Shown: positions 1-13,887, counted from the first letter of the stretch. The stretch: 64,000 nt of DNA from Octopus vulgaris (GCA_951406725.2 OX597820.1:43338001-43402000), one strand, 5' to 3'. Notes: a model not told the origin generated them from the letters alone. Translations and numbers: made by a program.

Positions 1-488
1 ATCCGTATTTTATATGTCCTTTGGAGAGTAGAACCAAAGCAAAACTGTATAAATAAAATATAAGGGATAAAAGGTGATTATTTAGAGGGGGAAAAATCTT
101 ATCCAGTAAATTTTGTTGAAAAATAAAATATAATTCTTTCAGTATTAGAAATCAAACTTGGTTTTAATATGCAAAAGACATAGACCTCGGAGAAAGATGT
201 TTGCTTTATTTACGTATTTTACAAATTTACTACATTAAGCATGGAAAGTATTAAAGCAGGAATACTTTAAGGTCCCTGTATAACATAGTGTATATAAGAC
301 CTACATTACATAGGTTCAATGTTAGCCTTGTACATTTGGCTTATTCGAGCCATCAATACTGAGGAAAGAGGCTCTAAGATACCTAGTCTGTATTAGTAGA
401 CAGTATGTTCTTCACCTATAATAATTGTGGTTGGAAAATGCACATCGTTGTCCACTCCATGTGAAGAAATGCATTTTGTTTTCCATGA

Positions 489-618
489 AAGAATATTGGT
501 GAAGGTGTACTATTTAATTATGATTTATAATACAGTGGAATAAACATGCCAGGGAAGAATATTGGCTAGGATGTACAAACTAATTATGATGTGTAAAACA
601 GTGGAATAAATGCAAGGG
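489..618. repeat. Diverged ~65-bp tandem duplication (2 copies)
   Basis: aagaatattgg...tgtac...taattatgat...acagtggaataaa...aggg occurs at 489-554 and again at 555-618. Confidence 0.8.
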
Positions 619-2485
619 AATTTCAATGGGACATTCCTCATAAATCACACCCTAGAAGCTTTCAATGCGTGTGTGCATCTTGTACAGCTTTATTCTAAAT
701 TCAGCATTGATCAGCAGCTCTATGATCAAATTCATTCAGCTTTGTACTTTTCACCTTTTTTAAAATCCAATTTATCCCTATTTTAACGAGGATAATTTAT
801 GCTCTGAGGAATATTCAGCTGCGATTTCTGGATGGCTCAGCGATCAAGCATAGACTCTTACATTGGCTGCGTGTCTATCTATGATTATTTTTAATGCATC
901 AATGAATGATGATAGACATTTATCTCCGATTATTGCATCCTCAAGGTGATTACTTTAAATATAGTGTAGTGACCTTACAGATGATGTTTTAAATATTCAA
1001 AGTAAGCCATTGTCAAGTTTCTAATCAAGTAAATAATTAAATGAACGAAATCCCCGAAGGAAAGCAGTTGTATTACAAATTGATTTTTTCGCGATTAGCA
1101 GATCGGTAACACTATTTTCTCTTTTAGTCTTCATCCTATGTATCCCAAAATATAGTAATATTAACTAAATAATGTAGACAGTGTCATCTATCTGTCTGAT
1201 AGTCTGATGAGTTGTAGCAAGCAAGATTGCCTGTGTCTGAAATCTTTTAAAGTATTTTTGATGCTTAATTGATATTTTCTTTGTGAGAAATTCTTTTATT
1301 AAAAGTATTACTTGAGAACAGAGCCAGCATATGTAAGCTGTTCGACTCAGAAACTATTATGTTTCAGTAAATTCACAAATGTGGTACGTACACTGCTTTT
1401 AAGAGCATTTAATGCTGTTTAATTTTATTACGAAGAGTAAGTAACTGGACATTGTGACTTTACTTGGGGTGAACTAGTACAACTACAATTTATAATTAGC
1501 AGACTAGTAATTAGTTTACAGAGACAGCCATATTGGTGTGTAAATATAGAGACACAGATTTGTGTCTAGACACAAAAAAAAACGTATAAAGACTTAATAT
1601 CTTCAGTTTTGATTACCTGATAGAATAGTTCTATGCTTTAGTTTTAGAAATATTGCATGCCTTAAGAGGATCTTTGCAGATCTCTGTCTGACATTTGATT
1701 ACAAGAGAATTAGGAAATGCTATTAAGTTTGTCTGGCTTGACTTTCCTTAAATAGTTTCGGGAAATAACTGCACGTCTCTTCATTCTAAAGAACTGAAGA
1801 CTCGACATCCTTGACCTAGAGTCTAGAAAGCACACACGAAAGAAAATAGACATTACCGCTTTACTTCGGTTTAGTCCATATGCCACTATATATGACAGTT
1901 AACTGACAGAGTCGTTGGACTGTCGGTCGAAGTAACTGTTTGCTACCATTGGCAGTGATCTGATTTCAAATCCTAGGAATGCCTACTTCAGTGTTAGACT
2001 TAATCAACAATCTAGCACATTGTTGATGCTTTTAATGGAACCCACTAACTTACAGGGTTCCGGTTTGAGAATACTTAACCAGACTCGAAAGTTCTGTAAA
2101 ATATCATGATACTATGTATTGACTCCTTTCCTGGGGTTGGGGATAGGATCATATAGATGCAGATAATATGGAACATTAGATTTCATATGTATCATAATTT
2201 TCGCACTAGATTTTCAATTTAACATTAATTGCGCTCAACACAACGATTGGAAAGAGGAAGAAAATTTGGGGTAAGTTCATATTACCCAACTACAAAAACC
2301 AAGTATAAAAAATAAACCAAGGATAAAAGAATATTATTTCGTGAAGGATAAGAAAGCACTGCAATTATCATCTTTTAATATAACATAGGACTACAACTTC
2401 AAACTATTCAGATTTATCCCATATCGTACGCTGGAGTTACGTATTTCTTTCTGGTTATATATACTTACAGAGTTACAGAAAAGAA

Positions 2486-2518
<33 letters not shown>

Positions 2519-3278
2519 GACATGAATAGATAGCTAGAGAGGCAGAGAGAAAGGGAGAGAGAGAGTTTTCTGATTCAATCAGACTTTGTCTCTCAATTTG
2601 AGTTTCATTCACTCGACACTGTGGAGCGCCCCTCTTATATTTGGTTAACACAATGCAAATTTCGTACGCGCGTAACACACACATACGCATACACACACAC
2701 ACACAAACAATTTTAATATGTGAGTATGTATGTATACATCAATGATACCCCAATGAAAATGAATACGACAATATCAATTAAGAACATAAGAGATACTATA
2801 ACATATATATTTGTGTCTCAAAATATTAACAAAATTATAAAAGCCATTAAGCACGCGCATATTAATCTAAACGAAAGCTTATAATAATTCAATTCTGTTT
2901 AAAAAATATATATAAATATGTAGATATTATAATCACATTATTTGCAAACGTCAGCCTGTCTTCTACTGCGCTGATGAATCTCTTGTTTACTTAATAACAT
3001 AAGTCACAAATAATTTCCATAGCTCTTGAGAGTTTTTACGTCAATGAAAGATACGCAGGTAAACGCAGACAATGTAATAATAGCTAGTTGACTGGACAGC
3101 AATATATAAGAAAAATTATATTAGATAAATGCATTGAAGACTAATTGATAAAGCTTGTCCAAATGCCGTTAATATTTTGGTAAGTAAAGAAGGAAAACTT
3201 TTTAAATATTAATACCTAGAGATTGAAATACTGCGATGACAATATACACAAAGAAAAGTTACAGGAGTTTTGAAGCAT

Positions 3279-3590
3279 CTCTTGTTTTCGCCCTTTTCAA
3301 GCCAAGCCAGGCTCATGGGCCCGGTTTCTCGGTTTCTATGGCGTATATGTTTCCTCCAGCTGGACAGGACGCCAGTCCATCGCAGCGTTACTCAAGACAC
3401 AGGAAGAAAGAGTGAGAGAAAGTTGAGGCGAAAGAGTACAACAGGGGTCGCCACCACCTACTGCCGGCGCCTCGTGGAGCTTTAGGTGTTTTCGCTCAAT
3501 AAACACACACAACGCCCGGTCTGGGGATCGTAACCGCGATTCTCCAACTGCAAGTCTGCTGCTCTAACCACTAGGCCATTGCGATTCCAC
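3279..3590 (-). mobile_element. Full-length tRNA-derived SINE with 14-bp target-site duplication
   Basis: The minus strand begins gtggaatcgcaatggcctagtggttagagc (A box) and later has ggttacgatccc (B-box-like). The TSD gagttttgaagcat is at 3265-3278 and 3591-3604. Confidence 0.9.
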
Positions 3591-3802
3591 GAGTTTTGAA
3601 GCATAGTAACAAAGAAACGAATCGAAGAATTGTCGGGAAGAATTTTCACTGAAAAGCTTTAAATATGTTCACGCACTTTTAGACAGTACTCACATTTTTT
3701 GTACTTTAGCACTGAGAAACAGAAAAAAGCTCCCTCAGAGTACATTAAACAGGGTGCTGCTTCAGTTACTAGCATTGATGTTACTACAGTAATGACAATT
3801 AA

Positions 3803-3843
3803 GACGACGACGACGACAGTGATGATGGTGATGATGATGATGG

Positions 3844-3895
<52 letters not shown>

Positions 3896-3906
3896 GATGA
3901 TGATGG
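3803..3906. repeat. (GAC)n(GAT)n microsatellite
   Basis: Trinucleotide tract seen directly; it is the source of the poly-M and poly-H pseudo-ORFs. Confidence 0.95.
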
Positions 3907-6900
3907 TTTGTTAAAAAACAGGAAGTTAAATAATTCTTAACCAAAAAAACAGTCAACCCATTTAGACATACAAAGGGAAGCCTGCATTTGCTTTGATCAG
4001 AGCAACGATAGGTGTGATTACGGACATTTTTGTAATCTATCCCTGAGGCGTTAATTACTTAAAAAAATCACCTTCTTCCCTTAGGTTTTCTTGCCTGAGG
4101 AATGGTAAGAATATTCTTTCTGATTGATGACATGTACAAATCACACCAAAATTACCAAACTACTTTAGTCGACTCAGATTTTTGCTGATTCAGTTTGGGA
4201 CCGGTAAACTCAATGATTTGTGTAATTCGGTATTTCTGTTGCTCTTTCGGGATTTCTTGGGAGAAAATACTTAAACAGGCTTTACCATCATTTAGCTGTT
4301 TTAAGTCTTCCTTCTCATTGCCATCTACCTGACAAAGCCCTGCTATTCTTTAGTGGTCTTCCACTTTTATGCCTTGTGTCTCCATGTTGATATCGCTTGA
4401 ACATGCTTGCACTATCTACCTGCAAATATTTAGCAACGAAAGTGTCTACTAACGCACACGTTCCTTATCAAACATTCATTCTACTTCCTTTGTGTAACGT
4501 ACATAGCTGAATCTCCCAGAATCTTCCAATAAAACGGACGAAGCACTTGCCTCCCTAGTTTTCCAATCCTCTGGATAACTTATAATCGACTGTCTCGTAC
4601 AATATATGTCTATTTGCATACTTTGTCTCCCCTTTTAGATGAGTTGATATGCTGGGGAGATTTTTCCACTGTCCATGATAAAGTGCTACTCCTAAATTTT
4701 CTGTATTCTATATCCTCCACTTTGCCCAAACTTTGGTGGGATAATACAGGCTGCGATCGTGTGGCAAGATACCAGCCGTCTACTTCTGATAGAGATTTTG
4801 ACTCTCATTTGACCTGCAATAGGTAGGATTTCGAATAAAACTGCTTCTGTGTGATGTTTCGTCGTGGGTTTTCTGCTTATACGCACCACTCTTTTGACGT
4901 CACTTCCTTTCCAAGCTGTTACATACTTCCTGTCACACGTGTAATAACTGTCGTTTCTGTCCTGTACCACGATTAGTACCACTTTTATATCTCTGTCCAC
5001 GATGGTGCACCTCTCCCACAATACTTGGTCATGTTCCTGGGCCAGTAAACCTTGGATAAACATGCACATTTCTTATTCAGACAACAAATCTTTTCTAGTG
5101 ACTTCGGCAGATATCGATTTTAGCAATGCATGTGACGGCCCAATACCAGGGATACGCCAAGAAACACTTGGGTTAATAAAATAACTAATATGTCCCTGGG
5201 ACCCTAATTAGGTTTCCAACACTAAGAACACCGGCAAAGAGAACAATTTGATGAAGACTATACTATTTATGTCAAAAGATCTGAAAACTATATTCCAAAG
5301 TTTGTTATACTCTTCAAATCTGAAACAATCAAAAAATACATAACGATATATTCGTGTGTATTCATTTTTAAAAGAACATGTGGAAGATAAATAAAGAAAT
5401 AAGATAACATAATCCGACCTAGCTGATATATTTTCACTCGTGTGGAGCTATGTTACCATAGTAATTTTCTATATTCTCTTGCTCTCGTCCATATATATAT
5501 GCGCCCATATCTGAAAAATATCTGTAAAAATCAAACTCTTCTGGTGTTTTCACTCTCTCCTTATTCTTGACGTTGAAGCACGCTATAAAAACAACAATAT
5601 TCACATATCGGCTAGGACTTCCTGTAACTGAATTTTGGAAAGTAGATTGCAAGTCCCTCCAAATTCCCCCTTTGACACCGCTTCCATAAATTCATCAAAG
5701 AAGTAGGCAAACCTTTTGTCGCACATTTCTCTCACAATATTTTTTTCGGAGAGCTGGATTAGCTTTAACATATTGTTTTACCCCGTCCCCTTCCCTCTAC
5801 TTCACTCTCTATATTTCCATTTTAATCTCTGTCTCTCTGTCTGTCTATATCTCTCTCTCGCTCTCTCTGTCTCTCTCTGTCTCTCTCTCTCTCTCTCTCT
5901 CCATCTTTTGTCTTTCTCAGTCTCTCTAAAAACACTAGTAAATTAGTGCTGATATTAGTGCTGTCCTCGTTGTAAAACGTTTGACCGCCATCAAATTATG
6001 TTTACAAATGTGTTTGTAGAAGTATCACTCTTTTCTGTGTAATTTTCCAGTGTTTATCTAAAATTGTGACGAAAAAAATTAAAAAGTATAAGTACAAAAC
6101 ATAAACTAACATTACCACAACTATATGCAACATGTCCACAAGATATGAAAATGAAAAAATAATTCAATTCTACTCCGATAATTTTTTTTACAAAAACACA
6201 GGTCTTTGAAGACATATATCGAAAGAAACACCAATAATAGTAATGATGTTGAAGATAATGGTAATGATGATAATGATAATAATAATGAAAATAAGAAGAA
6301 AAAGAACCACAACAACAACAACGAAATGATGATGATGGTGATGATGATGATGATGGTGATGATTGCTTTTTTCTTAACCACGATAGCTCAAAAAGATGCA
6401 AGTACAACGTAATTTGGAAGATAATGATGTTTACAATGCGTCTAGGGCTGGACAAACAAATTCATAAGAAAATATGCGAATAGGGGTGATGCCATTATAC
6501 AATAGATGAAGGAAAAATTTAATAGAACATGAAATAAATATTACATAAATATAAAACACAAGGTTTGAAACAATGTATAAAGACATACGAATATAAAACG
6601 TTTACGACTACCCACTACATATTAATGCGTAGCGGCTAGTTAGGTTGCAGAAGACTCAACCCTTCTGCAACACTTCGTACTGAGTAGTGGTGCAACTAAC
6701 TGCTATGCAGTTTTTGTTTTGGTCTAGTTACAAAAATCCCAACGTCATTGAGTACACGTTCATTATAATGATGGTTTTCTGCAGATGAGTTCTACAGAAA
6801 AACATAGTGATAAAAATAAATTTCGAGCGTATTTGTATATCACACATGTTGGTAGATCGTCTTCTGAGAATAATTCAAAGTCGAATGATTAGTTTGCCTG

Positions 6901-8260
6901 TACAGATATGCCCATCACCTCTCCACTATTGTTTGTGACAACTATGTGACCCAAGACTTTGTAATTCCGTGGGTACTTCCCTTCTTGTAACGTTTTGTTT
7001 TATTACGCTTTATTTTTGTGGGGGTGAGGCATTATCCTTGCTCGGTTCACAAACTCTCTTGTAGAGATTGGAAGTTTTCTTTAGCCTTCATCTCCCTTTC
7101 GGCAAAACACCATGTAGTGACATTCTTAGTTTCTACAGTTGAGGAACAAATTGCAGGTCATAATGAAGCGCAAACGTCTCATGAGAAATTGCCATCAATT
7201 TTGCCTCCTCCTAACAACGTGTTACTTCCCTCCAGCCCTACGCTTACGATCCACGCTTATTGCGGTACAAAACGGACACTCAGCCCTGGATAAACATCGT
7301 TTCCATGTCTCTAATACTCACATGTGTCCCAAATTCTGTCTAATTCTCAACCTTGTCCCAAATACTGTCAGAAATTCGGCCCCCAAATACTGCCCCGCTT
7401 CCTCAATACTGAGGTGCAACTATTGGTAAGGAAGTATGTTTCACTGATCTATCATATTTTTGTTGGGTTCTCAAATCTTAATTTACTTGAAAATAAACAA
7501 TATGCCGTACCAGTCTTAATCGAGACTATATTTCCCAATATTTTCTTATTGTCTCCAGGTGAATTTATTAACCGCCATATATTTTCATATAGAAAATATA
7601 AACGCTCAATTGGACCGCTCTTGCATTAGATCTTACGGCAAAGAACAATGCACTTTTACGAAATATTTCCAGTTAAGCCTGTCAATTCCAAACTTAATTT
7701 ACAGTCCATGAAAATAAGCAGGATAAATAACTTGGTGAGAACCCGGGTGACAACTCTGATGGAAATGCATCCAAATAAGCAGGATAAATAACTATTTCTA
7801 GGGTGCTAAATAACTATTACTTAATAACTATTACCCAAATATAACTGCAAATGTCGTAGGAATCCAACTGGACAATAAAGACTTCTGCATCCACTTGCGC
7901 AGGCCGCTTGAACGACGTGTAGACCATGAGTGTGTTCATTATCAGAATACAAACTTCTGCAAGCTCATGGTACTAATAATCCTGCTTGACGTCCATGAAT
8001 ATGAGTAAAATATTAGTTATATTATCCTCCAAATCAAATACTAAATACGTCGCTCCATGTTTAGCCTCAGGTAGAACTTCAGTTAATTTTAGGGGGCTGG
8101 TTCGTCTTCTTTTACCTAGTCCCACATTATCGATATATTCTTTTACATCATCCTCTCCCTTTGATCAAAAGTAAGACGTACTGGATTGATGTTTGATTGC
8201 AAAAATTACATTTACTAGATTTTTAAATGCATTCATTTTTTGTATGTTGTAGATAATCAG

Positions 8261-8306
<46 letters not shown>

Positions 8307-9139
8307 TACACACGCACACACAAACATGGAGCATCAATTTGACATTCCTTAATTTCATCTGTGACACAGGTTTCTGCGTTCGAGAATCGAAGGCCACAAT
8401 TTGTATATATAATTTATAAGGAGTCCTTGAGCATACAATACGCGTTCTCAGACAGGATCGATATAATATTTCCGTTCGTCAGTCTCGGCCATGTACTATT
8501 AATTTTGTATAATCTACACCGTTCTGTTACTACTTTGTTGATCAGTCATTTTTCTTCACACACATACAAACATTTAGTGTATCCCTACTGCACTTGTGGA
8601 AATTAGTTGCTTCATTCATTCTACCAGTTGAATAGTTATTCTCTGTAGCGACATTGCAATCAAAGCTTTGCAACAAGACAGGTGAACATCTGCAGTTCTT
8701 GGTGTTCTCAGTGAGAATTCTGCTCCTTGAGCATTTAATATAATAGTCTCCAACAACTTGCGAGCCCTTGTTACAATAACTAATATCTTATATTCTACAG
8801 TCTTCCAGGTTGTGTATTCTGAGCATCAGTAGTACACTTAACGTTTCATTGGCTTCTTACTGTTTCTCAGATGCTGCGTTTGCTGACTTGAACATTCATC
8901 TCCATAGTTATCAAAGCACAGTTTAAACTACTCATCAGCATTGTTTCTTATAATATTTTTGCTGTTAGCGTCACGCTGATTCCTATTATAATTTTTACAG
9001 GCTCTTGATAAAATCCTTTCGTGTTAGAGCTGAACTGCATGCGTCGTTCACATAATTGTTATTGCTCTCCAGGCGTATAGAATATTTACATATTATTATT
9101 ATCATCATCATCATCATCACCACCATCGTCATCATTATT

Positions 9140-9490
9140 ATCACTGTTTTCAATCGTGTTTGGTTATTTGTTTGACTTTGGACAAGATATCTCAAGAGAC
9201 GCTGGATGGATGCGGGTGAGACTTTCAGAGATGTTTGGCCTCATGACTGGCAAGGACTGATTAGATTTTGGGATCGATCTTATACCAGGTAAGGATTCTG
9301 GATTACGTTTCCTGTTTTTTCACTTAATTTTTGAGAGCGGTCGGGTTCGATTTTAGTATTCTAGTTTGTGAGAGCAATCGAGTTTATTTCAGATGTTCTC
9401 ACTTTAAAAATCATCTCTGCTTTACCGTTAAGAGTACATTGGTGTTGCCCTGGTGGATGTTTGCGCTCTCTGAGTGCTCTTTTTCTTGTT
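9140..9490 (+). mobile_element. Non-autonomous Helentron/DINE-1-like (HINE-type) element
   Basis: 5' gtttggttatttgtttg...caagatatctcaaga...ctggatggat and 3' ccctggtggatgtttgcgctctctgagtgctc (subterminal repeat plus short hairpin, then a T-rich end) resemble recalled HINE-like repeats. Family assignment is inference. Confidence 0.55.
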
Positions 9491-9495
9491 GTTGC

Positions 9496-9502
9496 TCTTC
9501 TT

Positions 9503-9588
<86 letters not shown>

Positions 9589-9590
9589 CA
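9496..9590. repeat. Compound (TTC)n(TTA)n microsatellite
   Basis: Seen directly. Confidence 0.95.
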
Positions 9591-9599
9591 TTAATATTA

Positions 9600-9960
9600 T
9601 TCACTTTATCACAGGTTTTGTTGGATCTCCTGGAATCTTACAGGCGTAGCGGCCTTACTACCTGCAGCCTGCGATACCATGTTACCCATTCTTTTCAGCA
9701 AACTAATACTTTCCTGATTATTCTGACCAAACTAAGATGGCAAAGCTTTTATAACCGTTCTACTGGCACTTTATATTCTCTCTGATGCCTTCTGTATTCT
9801 CAAGGACCCAGCAACAATTGGCACTATGTTCACCATCTTTCTTTTTCAATAACAGGGCCATTCCGTAATTAAGAAGACTGTATTTATCTATCGTGTCGCC
9901 TTCCATTGTGGATCAAAGGGGCATGTAACATCAACTATACAACATATTATTCTTATTTTA
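9600..9960 (-). mobile_element. R4/Dong-type non-LTR retrotransposon 3' fragment (restriction-like endonuclease C-terminus plus 3' end)
   Basis: The minus strand reads CIVDVTCPFDP...IDKYSLL...VNIVPIVAGSL, matching the RLE motif IDVxCPxD...KYxxL...VPIVIGALG. Its 3' end abuts (TAA)n. Confidence 0.75.
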
Positions 9961-9964
9961 TTAT

Positions 9965-10545
9965 GAATATTATATGTTTGACTTTTACTTTGTATTTGTA
10001 GTTGACCCCAACTCTCATCCAGAAACCTCAAGAGACAAGTTAGAGGTTCACGTTGGTGTTATGCCTAGGGCGTCATATATATATGGTTTTGCACATAGTA
10101 TTGTTCTAGAATACTTAAGAACATTATAAGTTCGTTTTAAAATTTGAGATTACATAGACAGTATATTACATAGGACATGGGCAGTTCCCATGATCACTAT
10201 CTTTTAAATTTCTGCTATTTTGGGGTTCCTTAGTATCTGGGCTAGGTAGCAATCGGCCCCTTTTGCTATTATTCCTAGGCACCTATGACAATGGGTATTG
10301 TATTAGCCTTCAGGTTCCACCTTTTGCTATTTTGTATTTCAAGATCTTTATACTTTTATGTTTATGTAGGTCTTGACAGATACGTTTATATCGATTGGGA
10401 CAGCCAACGAGGAGGCATGATTTTTGTCTGAAGTCTTTCAATATAATGTCTGGCATATTTGCATTTATCTTTCTGTCACTTTGAATGGTGAAGTTCCAGA
10501 GAAGTGAGATGTGATCATTTTCTAGCACTGGAGTTTAGATTTATT
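9965..10545 (-). mobile_element. R4/Dong-type LINE 3' fragment (RLE domain plus 3' UTR)
   Basis: ORF 10310-10528 has LWNFTIQSDRKINANMPDIILKD (the RPD motif region). It continues, with frameshifts, as WNLKANTIPIVIGA...IVIMGTAHVLCNILSM*. Confidence 0.85.
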
Positions 10546-10596
10546 TTTGAATAGAGAGCTCGGTGTAGTACGTCTATGATGTTATTTAAGACGTAG

Positions 10597-10599
<3 letters not shown>

Positions 10600-10668
<69 letters not shown>

Positions 10669-10669
10669 G
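10600..10669. repeat. (ATT)n microsatellite
   Basis: Seen directly. Confidence 0.95.
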
Positions 10670-11215
10670 AGTGACAGAGCAGTGCATGCCATCAAAGTGA
10701 CACTGGGGTACAAATATACGAAGCCCAATATACCCATCATGACTACACGTCTGATAAGGGTACACCAGGCACAAGCATCACAACCATATGTGCGCGACAT
10801 GGTGATCTCATAACAAGATAAACAGCGGGTGGGGCCCAGTTAGAATTTTCTTCTGGTTGGGTAATCCATCCCACTCAAAAGGTCCCTGATTAAGGGTTGT
10901 TTAGGGATGTTGAATGAAACACCCATGTTTCCAGAGGTGAATCATTCAAACCCCAAAGAATCCCTCTCAACACATGGCTATGATGCTCCCCCACTACTTC
11001 TACTAGTGATCAGAGATGCACATATCGTCAGCCACTAAGGGACATGCTCAACTGGTTAAGGTCAAACAACTGACAAGCAAATCTGTGGTATTGAGCAGAA
11101 TATTTACTGTAGCCCATCTTTTATACCAAGACAAAACAATGTACATGATAACACTTCCAATCAGTAAAGATCAGAAGCCATGAGAGCCGCTGCCTGGTAC
11201 TGCATCAGGGCATTC
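10670..11215. mobile_element. ~545-bp non-coding interspersed element inserted within an (ATT)n tract
   Basis: A GC-richer block with sharp ends and (ATT)n on both sides (10600-10669, 11216-11285). It resembles a recalled high-copy octopus repeat; class unassigned. Confidence 0.6.
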
Positions 11216-11751
11216 ATTATTATTATTATTATTATAATTATTACTATTATTATTATTGTTGTTGTTGTTGTTGTTGTTATTATTAGTACCTTCTTTCAGT
11301 TTTGCTTCCACTTCTTGCCTTGTGTCTTCCCAACAGCTTGGGAAAAAGAAACTCACTGTAGGCTATTAAAATAAACTCACTAGATCATACAATTACAAAA
11401 GTCATGTGATAGAAAAAATCCTTATAGTTATTGTTGTTGTGGTTATTATTGATAGCAGTACTGCAATTTTTTAAACCCGAAGAGGACATTACCTCTAGCT
11501 GGTGAACGATGCACAGCTGCGTCCGATAAAATTGAGTGACTGAGAGCAAGCCCCTACCATCACCTAGCGAAGGGAGCAGTCGTGGTTTTGGGTTATTCCT
11601 GCCATTTCTCAGTACTGGACATCTCGTCAGCCAGAGATGATAGCAGCTCGTCTCTGCATGCAATATATATATTTCAAGCAAACACAGTCGCTGATTTTGG
11701 AACAGGCAAAAAAAAAATGGTAGTTCTAAAATCCCGCTAAGAGATCAACGC

Positions 11752-11808
<57 letters not shown>

Positions 11809-13509
11809 AAAGAGTGCAGGGGATACTTCCTCAGGCCACATAAAGTGGTTCAGTGCTATAAGATATCCATTTCGCTGATGCGTGTGTCATCAAACCACAG
11901 TTCGAACCACTCATCAGCATTAGATTACATATAGATACATATACATGTATGTATACATACACATATATACGGACATAATTTTTTATACATATATATATAT
12001 ATTTATATATATGTATTTATATATATATATATAATATATATGTGCGTGTGTGTGTTTGTATATATGCATATATACGTGTGTGTGTGTCTATACATTGGTA
12101 TATGTTTTTCCATCTCTTGGTTTTGGGACTACATTATGCTTTAATTCCCAAATCAATCATTGAGTATGCAAGGGGAAAAAAGCATCCTTTGAAAGTGTTA
12201 TCATTGACGGATTTACAAATAAAACAGAAATGGCTATATAGACTTTAGAAGAATAAAAAATAAATGCTTAGGTCGCAACAATAAAGAAATGAGAAGGGGT
12301 TGAGCAACATGGACTTACTATCACACTGAGTATCATATAAATATTAGAACTGTTCTGTTAACAGATTGTCCCATAAACAGTATGTACATAAATATACACA
12401 GTCATGTATGTATGTATGGTATTATATTATATATGTATTTTATGGGTAATTCTGTAAGTATGCATTTCTGATTTCGATAGTTGTTATATATATATATATA
12501 TATAGGGCATGTATGTATGCATGTGTAGTATATGTATATGTATATGTATAGGTGTATTTTTATGTTTGTATGCATGCATACCTCAGGAGACAAATAGAAC
12601 ACATACAGAAGAATGCCTGTATATGGATAGTTTATATATACTTTATGTGTCAACGTGTTATCCTTGTCAAATATGTCGGTTATTATGCATATGTTACAAT
12701 AAGGAAGTTTATATTTAGACATATATAGCGCGATATATATACATCTACATATACATATGCACGCACCCACCTCACACATATTTATGTCACTGTGTAAATA
12801 TATCGATATATGCATATCTGTATGCATGTTTCCCCTCATTAGGAATATATGCGTATGTGCATGAGCGTAAAATGATAGGAACCTAAGAACATTTATAGAT
12901 GTATTCTCATATCACATTCATAGAATTGTTTATTCACATATCATCATTCGTATTGCTAACATATTTGAACAGAAATAAAGGGAAAGTTTACGAGAATATA
13001 ATGTCGTAAACCTTTTCACTTTACGCCTTGTATCGGGTGGCTAGCGTTAGCTAAAGTCGAAAATTCGCATCTTATTTCCATACTGTGTTCGAGTCAGCTT
13101 CCTAACAGCCCATCATCCCTGAATTACCTAAACTTAGCACTCAATTGTATATCTATTTAACCAAGAACAAGCTAATAGTTTACCCATAACATTCTGGTAA
13201 TGCCAAAGAAGTAGAGGAATTTCTGTAATCCGCTGCCAGTTTGATAAAATCTTTCTTCTAGCTTCGCGTACAATTGTCCCATATCCGTGAGATGCACACC
13301 ATAATCCAGCATTGAAGTAAATCTCGGGCCATATTTTATTGTATCAAATTACTACAATCAGTATCGAACTTATTAAGCATACATTCATACATACATACAT
13401 ACATACATACATACATACATACATGCATACATACATACATACATGCATATATACATATACACATACAAATGTACGTACGTACATACACACATACACACAC
13501 GCGCGCATC

Positions 13510-13665
13510 TTTTACATGCATCAGTCAGTTGACTGTGGCCATGCTGGAGCAATGTCTTAAAGTGATTTTTCGGCGAAGAAATGGACGCCATGACTTATTC
13601 CTTGCCGAACCGCTCAGTTTCGGTGACATAAATATCCACTATCGGTTGCCAAGCGATGATGGGGA

Positions 13666-13668
<3 letters not shown>
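13510..13668 (-). mobile_element. SINE 3' portion (same family as 60358-60725)
   Basis: gactgtggccatgctggagca...gccgaaccgctcagtt...atcggttgccaagcgatgatggggaaaca is the reverse complement of the tail seen at about 60555-60705. Confidence 0.75.
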
Positions 13669-13739
<71 letters not shown>

Positions 13740-13790
13740 GAGAGAGAGAGACTTAGGCAGTTAGATAGATGGATAGCTAGATATATAGAT

Positions 13791-13887
<97 letters not shown>

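Noticed and set aside
2966-3060. ctgcg CTGATGA...GAAAgata cgcag hammerhead-like match
   Set aside because: Stem I pairs, but there is no credible helix II and helix III is neither a hairpin nor palindromic; likely chance.
3500-3590. tRNA-like A/B boxes (also near 40200 and 60360)
   Set aside because: These are SINE heads with SINE bodies and, at 3279 and 40019, target-site duplications; not tRNA genes.
3960-5070. 125-aa ORF 4692-5069 and possible APE-endonuclease words (ILGDS, SDQ)
   Set aside because: The motifs are isolated with wrong spacing and no family can be supported; probably decayed repeat DNA.
5245-5290. tTGATGAagac...gtcAAAAgatct relic
   Set aside because: C3 and G12 are altered, the cleavage position is G and there is no stem I; too decayed to call.
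11150-11215. Possible HDV-like ribozyme at the end of the (TAA)n-embedded element
   Set aside because: I could not assemble the nested double pseudoknot (P1, P1.1, P2, P3, P4) by eye.
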